NCBI RefSeq assembly: GCF_052425735.1
Contig: NC_135761.1
Coordinates: 13,020,001-13,084,000 of the forward strand
Source of the DNA: Oculina patagonica
Lineage: Eukaryota
Direction: 5' to 3'
DNA: 64,000 bases
Part shown: piece by piece, positions 60,811 to 64,000 of the stretch
How the letters are laid out: each line of letters starts with the position of its first letter
Position numbering within the stretch: position 1 is the stretch's first letter
The notes under the pieces: model-generated
Seen by the model: the letters and a program-made list of their open reading frames with translations, nothing else
Databases searched by the model: none
Told to the model about the DNA's origin: nothing
Position numbers and translations under genes: made by a program

Positions 60811-63075
60811 TCCCGGGGGGGGGGGGGAAGAGGTACTCCCTAAAATTTACTCAAGGGGTGTGCCACTGAGTCGCTGAGGCTCTGGACCTGTTCCAGAGAA
60901 AAACGGCTCAATTTGCGACCCTGTTCCAGACAAACAGTGCAAAATAGGTACCCTGTTCCAGACAATATCCACAATGAAAAATATATGAAGATAGATATAA
61001 AAATAGGGCCCCAATGGGTCCATGTGTTTTGCTGCTAGAGCAAAGTCTTAGGGAACATGTTGATGAAAGACAAGTGAGTCGAGATTGAAATCCAACGTCT
61101 TTTATTGTCTGTCACTTGTGTGCAGGTTAATAATTGCACTATATTGTAGTCACTTTGTGTTAATTCAATCCTGATAATTTTACTGATCAATGTTATGTTG
61201 AAATCAAAGACAGCAAACATAATTTAATTACTAGTAAGTTAACGTAATGTCTGACATGATTGTCTCTTTGATAAAAAACAGTAACTCTTAACATTATAAA
61301 AAAATCTCAATGAACTCAAAGTGATTCTTTTAGTGGCGTTATCTCACTGGTTACCGTTAGTTGTATTTGGAATCATTGTCACAATGGTAGCGTTTTAACA
61401 ACAACGAAAAAGACAGAATCTATTGACCTTATAAGAACTCAATGTGATATATTTATTAGTGACAAGACAGTGGTTCTTTAACCACTTTCACCCAAATTAA
61501 ACACTGGAACAACTAACTCTTAACAAACTTGTTGTGTCACCCTGAGTTAAATATGCAAAATTCAGAAATTATAAATAATCGCACGCGCACCGGCGTACAA
61601 CAACAGAAAGACGGCGTTGAACGTAACGCAAAGTTCATTTTGAAAGCGAAAGTTTACAAATAATTATTATCATTCGTCAGTCATCCCTTCACGCATGAAC
61701 ACTCGTCGAATTTCAGTGTCTTCACAACAAGATCGGAAGATCGATAAGGACCAATTTTTGATTCTGCGAAAGCTCGTTTTCTTAAAGTTTTAGAAATTTG
61801 TGAAGTTGGAGGATTCACTGAGGACTGCGTAGCCGAAGATGCAGTGGCTCGCTGGACATCAAATTCTATTTTTCACGGCGTTTAATTAATCTTCACAAAA
61901 TAAACATGTGGCGCCAGCGCGTCTGGCAGTCAAAAATTCATTTTTCAAAAAACTTTCCCTTTCCAGCTATTTTAGCGGGGCTTATACTATAGTACCTACC
62001 TGTCAGTCGTAGAAAAGCTGAAATTTAAGGATGAACTGTTTATTAAATGAAGACCGTATTATTTTTTAATAACTAGTAAACAAACTGGTCGCCACGCATT
62101 TAAACACGAACTGACGAATGTTGCATCTGATGCAGTGAATCTGGTGAATGAGAACTTCCTTTAATATTTCTTTGTTTTCGACGGTGTGCACCACTGAATA
62201 AGTTTCTTTCCCATTGTGATGTTACTAGTATTAATTCGTTTCTAGCTGTCTTTTATATAGCTCGAATACAGCTACAATTAGCGGTGCAGCCTACCAGCAT
62301 GGTATATTCCTTTCCAGCTGTCTTTGCGTGACAAGTTACACGTTCATACATTTTATTTTAAAATATGAAGTTCAGAGTTAATACAGTACTAGTATGCTGT
62401 AGACAGTGTAGACAAGGTGAGGGTAAGTTTATTTTCAAAGCGAAAGTTTACAAACTGTGCACTAACCGTACCGGTCCTTTGGAGAAAATATTTATGACCT
62501 TCGGCGAGGTTCCAAGTCTTCGCTCTTTTCGTAAATGATGAAAACTGCAGAATAATTTTCTCATAAAACTGGAGTGGTCGCGCCACAGTTTGTTTTCTTT
62601 CCCAATGCGATATACTTTTAAATCGGTTTTCTGTTTTCCAACGTGTCCAACGTGGTTTGCGTTCGAATACTTTGGCCCGTAACTTCGAATGCGATCAGCG
62701 CTACGGTTCATTGGTTTCGATTTTGTTTGTTCATGGATTTGATTGACATCGGTAGTTCAGATTTCTCCTCTGTTACGGCACTTACACCTTACACCTTACG
62801 GTCCTTACGGCACAAACTTCAGCTCTCAATGTGTTTTGCTTGCAGCCATTGCGGCTGCAGCAAAACACAAAAACACTAGCGTACATCACAAAGCGCTCAC
62901 TTGACTTTGTCTGTGGCTTGGAGAAAAACCAATGAGAGGAGCGGATTTTCATAGCTAAACTTGATAGTGTTCCACAGTCAAAAGAGTGATTTGTATACCC
63001 TGTTTCAGAGTCAGAGAGGAAAAAGGCATACCCTGTTGAGCAGCACATACCCGTATAGCCCTTATATGGGAGTAC
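60811..63075. mobile_element. Probable non-autonomous DNA transposon (GGTACTCCC/GGGAGTACC ends)
   Basis: Inverted subterminal motif at 60831-60839 and 63067-63075; repeated CCCTGTT motifs near both ends. Confidence 0.5.
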
Positions 63076-63452
63076 CGTATACAGCAACACCAAATAAGCC
63101 GAAAACAAACAAAATCAATCAAAACGTTTTAATTCCACTGACAGCATTATGATCCAGAAGTCTGGATGGGAAATTATGCTGCAAAACGGGTAATTATGTA
63201 ACCTTCGTAGATAAGGAGGGGGTAGTAGGGCTGCATGTTGGGGTAGATAGGCATATCACGTGGTAAATTAGCAAAGCACTTAACATTTAGAGTATATAGG
63301 AAATAATATACATCTACATTGAGAATATGGTTAATTTTCTTTTTTTCATTCATTCATTTGTTTTTATTTTCACTATTTGCCTATATTTTAATTTTGAATG
63401 GAAATGGCAGAGGTCATACATGTAGCAAAGGGTTTACAGCATATTGCCATAA

Positions 63453-63603
63453 GCTAATGCCAAGCAAACCGGAGTGAAAGCTAACCACAAGCAAACTAGA
63501 GTGAAAGCTAATCCCAAGCACACCGGATGAATAAAGCTAACTGCGAGCAAACAGGGGTGAACCTAACTACAAGCAAACCGGAGTGAAACTAACTGGAAGC
63601 AAA
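63453..63603. repeat. ~27-bp degenerate minisatellite
   Basis: agcaaaccggagtgaaagctaa repeated 5-6 times. Confidence 0.75.
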
Positions 63604-64000
63604 GAAGGGACATTCTGTAACCCCATCCCACCCCCCTCCCCCCCAAAAAAAAGGATGATAGCACCTTTTTTAATTTTACATGTCTTTTTGAGTCCCCTTC
63701 CTCTTAAGGGGTTTCACTTCACTTACAGAAATAAAAAAACAAAAATTCTGGGAAGATAGAATATTGCTTGTGTGTCTCAAACTCAGTTTTGTTCTTTGAT
63801 TACGCAGAAAAAATAGAATCATGTTTGCTTGTGTATAAAACTATGCAAGAAAAAAAGCATCAATACTTTGACTGCTCTTTTAAAAATTTGTATGCTTTAT
63901 TGTACACATTTTTGTGGAGTCATGTTGCCCATTCGTCATGAAGTTCACAAAGTAAGCAAATGAGTCACAATTTGGTTGCTTCATGGTACCTAATGGATAC

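Noticed and set aside
61000-64000. Short ORFs at the right end
   Set aside because: No recognisable domains or consistent splice structure

Overview
Eukaryotic, AT-rich, intron-containing animal DNA. The repeat families and gene content suggest a cnidarian, probably a stony coral (inference). There is one 500-N gap at 3047-3546. The main feature is a tandem array of at least six paralogous TKL-type kinase genes (A-F). Each has one large coding exon (coiled coil + most of the kinase) and a short last exon, split at a conserved phase-0 intron (..ISCK|VD..). The kinase domains are near-identical, but the N-terminal coiled coils range from ~80 to ~1050 aa. The three complete copies all start MGQ (myristoylation-like). 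Copy F is an intact ORF with HRD changed to HCY (predicted pseudokinase), copy E is frameshifted and built on a 42-bp coding minisatellite, and A and B are partial. Paralogous 5' flanks share a GTGAGT donor and an ETS/IRF-like motif. Downstream, four in-phase exons encode a NEURL4-type ADP-ribosyltransferase-like domain with no visible 5' exon, directly behind a decayed Gypsy element. The rest is nested mobile DNA: Penelope-like elements (one fold-back copy with two minimal hammerhead ribozymes), a Tx1/L1-like element in a tRNA-like sequence, a Helentron-like tandem array, hAT/Kolobok/Harbinger remnants, L2/CR1 fragments and many MITEs. A ~2-2.4 kb inverted duplication brackets the kinase array.
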